DNA of 64,000 bases. It comes from Phoronis australis. Its lineage: Eukaryota > Animalia > Phoronida. The number at the start of each line of letters is the position of its first letter. The first letter of the stretch is position 1. Below are positions 61,901 to 64,000 of the stretch, piece by piece. The stretch spans positions 392,817 through 456,816 of the forward strand of contig NMRA01000323.1 of assembly GCA_002633005.1 (NCBI GenBank), given 5' to 3'. The notes beneath the pieces were generated by a model. The model did no database searches and had not been told where the DNA came from. It worked only from the letters and a program-made list of their open reading frames with translations. The position numbers and the translations under genes are program-made.

Positions 61901-63841
61901 TGGTTAAATTTCTAGTCGCGTCTGCAGTAAGTTTGGTGGTCTCGTGAAGTTGATACCCACTCATAGTTCTTGATCAGCTGATGGAGGCACAGCAGCGCCC
62001 CCAGACAGATACTTTGGTTGTCAGACATGACATACTGGTGGATCTTGTCGGCAATATCGGGCCAACGTCCAGGAAAGTCATGCTTGATGATGTGACTCGT
62101 GCAAACCACCAGCTGCACACTGCAAGGGGAGATAACTCGCATTAACATCAAATAACCATCTGCATACTGCAAGGGGAGACAACTCTCATTAAATATTAAA
62201 CCAGAAGCTGCACACTGCAAGGGGGGGGGACAACTCGCGTTAATAATAAACATGTTGTCTAGCTTTTTCCAGGTTTGAATGTAAAGTAGTTAAAACGCTG
62301 TACACTGAACCTTTCAGTGCACCCAACAGCAGTTTCAACGCAGGAACCCCATGCAGTGTTCGACCAGAGCTTACCGGGTAATGTCTGGCGCCTCAATTAT
62401 GACCTCCACAATTGTGTCGCGGATGGCCTTGCGGTCCTGCTCGTGGATGTGAAAGGGTACCGGGTCGGAGGGATTCTCGATTTCTCGCTCGTGCCAGTTC
62501 TGCATGATCATGTTTTTCAGGTACACAACCCCTGAAATAACAGAATGCGTAGTAACGAGAATGGTAGATACTGTTATTAAAAACTGTTATTACAAACTAT
62601 AATGCAAGCAGCTGACTGCAGCCATATATCACGTGCGATTTGAAGAACAAACATCGGTTGGGATTAGTGAATTTCCTGAGTGAGTAGCCAAGATGAACAC
62701 ACAGGCATCAACTTGATAGACGACAGGCCAACTCAAGCTTGTCAGATTTTCCAGTGACACAAACATATGTCAAGTGAAAAGTTTAAAGAAAACATTATCA
62801 GAAGGTCATTTAAGGACTAGCTTGTTAAAAAGACTGGTGTACATGATTTACTCTACAAACAAACACAAAAGAACTTTTTGCCAATGTCAGGCAGCGTCTC
62901 AAGGCCTGGCCACTCCTGAAGTACTCACGTCTGCTTCACCTCCTTCACCGTGATGCACATGTGAAATTTCATATCCTCTGTCTACTACAAATGCAGCTTT
63001 CATCATACAGATACACAATATTAGAATTGTGCTTGATTTGACGACCTGCAGGTCGTCAATGCAACTTCGGATTGTGTTTGGCGACCTGGGAACAATCCCA
63101 AGTCACCATGAACATGCCACACAGAGTATCAAAAGTCGGACAATAATTTGCCCAAATTTGTTTCAAAATTTGTGGTGATTTCCAAACTTCAAAATACTAA
63201 CACTTTTCCTGGACTCTATACTTCTGGTTCACAATTGTTCCGTTATTTCATGAAATCGGCGCATTTGCCACCCTCAGGAGCCAGCACATATCAAACGTGC
63301 TTAAATTACAGCAGCAAGAGAACAGACTGAAGTAGAATTGTCCAGCAAACGTCGGGCGAGATCGGACCATGATATACGTGCCCCCAGTGTATCCGATCAT
63401 CTGCGTTCCTCGTTTACAGGAGGAACCGAGTTATAGATTGAATGGAAGAAGTGTGCGTAATTTTTTGGGAACGGGCCACGAAATTCTGGCGACGTCAGTT
63501 TTGGCGACCTGGGATTTTCACGAGGTTGCACTTAGTGACAAGCTAAGCGTTGAGCACTGTAGGGAAACATACAAGTTAACTAAACAAAAATTTGAAATGG
63601 CTGAGAAAAAAAAAACTTAAATTTGCAATGGCTGAGAAAAACAAAATTTATACGGAAAACGGAACAACTTGGTCAACATACATGGGATGGGCAGCTTTTG
63701 AGAAATTCGCTGCAATTGCAATTAAGTATTTCTCCACATCAAACACACACACAACTCACCGGCTTGCCTCACAAGTAATTCAACTTGATTCGAGCAGACA
63801 ATCTGTAGCAGGAGGGGTGCAAAGCCAATGATCTTGTGCAA
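37897..63841 (-). CDS. IPO7: Importin-7 (karyopherin-beta family), 5'-partial; 23 exons, 1007 aa in window
   Basis: All exons chain with consistent phases. Motifs [81 protein letters not shown], acidic HEAT insert, [14 protein letters not shown] are typical of importin-7/8; the single invertebrate orthologue is usually called importin-7. Exon 1 lies beyond 64000. Confidence 0.95.
38374..38490 (-). CDS. IPO7: IPO7 exon ([17 protein letters not shown])
   Basis: cttacag| and |gtaatg. Confidence 0.92.
38641..38850 (-). ncRNA. candidate intronic box H/ACA sno/scaRNA in IPO7 intron
   Basis: Sense to host: 5' hairpin closed by cactcc/ggagtg, hinge with AAAGUA (ANANNA), 3' hairpin closed by ctgcaatg/cattgcag, then ACA plus 3 nt. 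Confidence 0.4.
39272..39416 (-). CDS. IPO7: IPO7 exon ([15 protein letters not shown])
   Basis: ttcacag| and |gtaagc. Confidence 0.92.
40660..40793 (-). CDS. IPO7: IPO7 exon, acidic loop
   Basis: ccaccag| and |gtgagt; alternative in-frame donor |gtgggg 6 nt earlier (exon end 40666). Confidence 0.9.
42004..42149 (-). CDS. IPO7: IPO7 exon ([19 protein letters not shown])
   Basis: gttccag| and |gtgagc. Confidence 0.92.
42405..42625 (-). CDS. IPO7: IPO7 exon ([16 protein letters not shown])
   Basis: tcaccag| and |gtacct. Confidence 0.92.
44828..44920 (-). CDS. IPO7: IPO7 exon ([18 protein letters not shown])
   Basis: tgtgcag| and |gtatgt. Confidence 0.92.
44982..45215. mobile_element. foldback/MITE-like imperfect palindrome
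   Basis: gacctgtaaa / tttacaggtc plus further paired arms on either side. Confidence 0.6.
45655..45752 (-). CDS. IPO7: IPO7 exon ([13 protein letters not shown])
   Basis: ctttcag| and |gtaagt. Confidence 0.92.
46632..46757 (-). CDS. IPO7: IPO7 exon ([16 protein letters not shown])
   Basis: ttttcag| and |gtgagc. Confidence 0.92.
47157..47346 (-). CDS. IPO7: IPO7 exon ([16 protein letters not shown])
   Basis: ctcccag| and |gtgagg. Confidence 0.92.
49296..49456 (-). CDS. IPO7: IPO7 exon ([13 protein letters not shown])
   Basis: tttacag| and |gtaagt. Confidence 0.92.
49748..50576. mobile_element. non-autonomous DNA element with TTAA TSD (Kolobok-like ends)
   Basis: ttaa|ggggaca ... tgtccct|ttaa; short TIR only. 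Confidence 0.5.
50957..51122 (-). CDS. IPO7: IPO7 exon ([16 protein letters not shown])
   Basis: tttctag| and |gtgagt. Confidence 0.92.
51680..51769 (-). CDS. IPO7: IPO7 exon (KKIYKDQ..GFLRAR)
   Basis: gtttcag| and |gtatgt. Confidence 0.92.
52350..52543 (-). CDS. IPO7: IPO7 exon ([18 protein letters not shown])
   Basis: tcctcag| and |gtagtg. Confidence 0.92.
54337..54482 (-). CDS. IPO7: IPO7 exon ([16 protein letters not shown])
   Basis: atttcag| and |gtgagt. Confidence 0.93.
55140..55372. mobile_element. MITE, CAGGGCTTGGAA family (degenerate right end)
   Basis: cagggcttggaatgaccaatgac start; body aligns by eye with the 13392 and 59790 copies. Confidence 0.8.
55429..55531 (-). CDS. IPO7: IPO7 exon ([16 protein letters not shown])
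   Basis: ttttcag| and |gtaagt. Confidence 0.92.
56230..56450 (-). mobile_element. tRNA-derived SINE (degenerate)
   Basis: Minus strand ggtagtatggcctagtgg (A-box) ... gtttgagtgcc (B-box-like), followed by a non-tRNA body; boundaries approximate. Confidence 0.5.
56892..56962 (-). CDS. IPO7: IPO7 exon ([11 protein letters not shown])
   Basis: cttgcag| and |gtaagg. Confidence 0.92.
57910..58004 (-). CDS. IPO7: IPO7 exon ([16 protein letters not shown])
   Basis: ttttcag| and |gtgatt. Confidence 0.93.
59224..59313 (-). CDS. IPO7: IPO7 exon (FHLSLQL..PVPE)
   Basis: gtttcag| and |gtaatt. Confidence 0.88.
59790..59979. mobile_element. MITE, CAGGGCTTGGAA family, 6-bp TSD
   Basis: TIR caaggcttgg / ccaagccctt; perfect TGGTGC duplication on the flanks. 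Confidence 0.85.
60309..60465 (-). CDS. IPO7: IPO7 exon (FKRHDER..YALTQ)
   Basis: tttgtag| and |gtaacg. Confidence 0.92.
61234..61720. mobile_element. MITE, CAGGGCTTGGAA family (longer variant)
   Basis: TIR cagggcttggaat / attccaagccctg; flanks ctctat / ctcaat. Confidence 0.85.
61961..62119 (-). CDS. IPO7: IPO7 exon (VQLVVC..KNYE)
   Basis: ccttgcag| and |gtgggt. Confidence 0.9.
62375..62531 (-). CDS. IPO7: IPO7 exon ([14 protein letters not shown])
   Basis: atttcag| and |gtaagc. Confidence 0.92.
63760..63841 (-). CDS. IPO7: IPO7 exon (LHKIIGF..VRQA)
   Basis: ttttacag| and |gtgagt. Confidence 0.9.
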
Positions 63842-64000
63842 CTGTAAAAGGGAGTAGACCCTCAAGTGAAGGTTAGGTTGCGCAAACCTAAAAAATAGCT
63901 TGACTGACAAGTCTCGACACTTCTGCAGTGCAGTGTAGGTAATTATAGCCACTATTCAAACAATTTGCAATTTTTTAGTGCTCTTACTTCTTAAAGGGGT

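Overview
This is eukaryotic (animal) genomic DNA, AT-rich, with GT-AG introns and two assembly gaps. CTCF-type motifs and the protein sequences suggest an invertebrate bilaterian (inference). Two multi-exon genes lie on the minus strand. One is a PRDM10 orthologue (ATG 21948 to stop 1801; about 16 coding exons, ~1330 aa; zinc knuckle, PR/SET domain, C2H2 array, Q-rich tail). The other is importin-7 (IPO7; 23 exons from 63841 to stop 37897; first exon lies beyond the window). Between them are a tRNA-Ala(AGC) gene (33624-33696, +) and, divergent from it, the most interesting element: an apparently non-coding, strongly base-paired ~445-nt RNA on the minus strand (~33185 to ~32740). It has its own CCAAT / CRE-like / TATA / Inr-like promoter and a long-range helix followed by an H box, hairpin and ACA. 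Its 5' end reads AG-UUAACCUU, which would be a telomerase-RNA-style template for a non-canonical TTAAGG repeat. That is a hypothesis; an RNase MRP-like reading is the alternative. Also present: a candidate intronic H/ACA RNA and poison exon in IPO7, triplicated splice acceptors, hAT-like elements with 5- and 6-bp TSDs, a CR1/L2-group LINE nested in a MITE, tRNA-derived SINE heads and a 32-bp minisatellite. All alignments and folds were done by eye; no database search was run.
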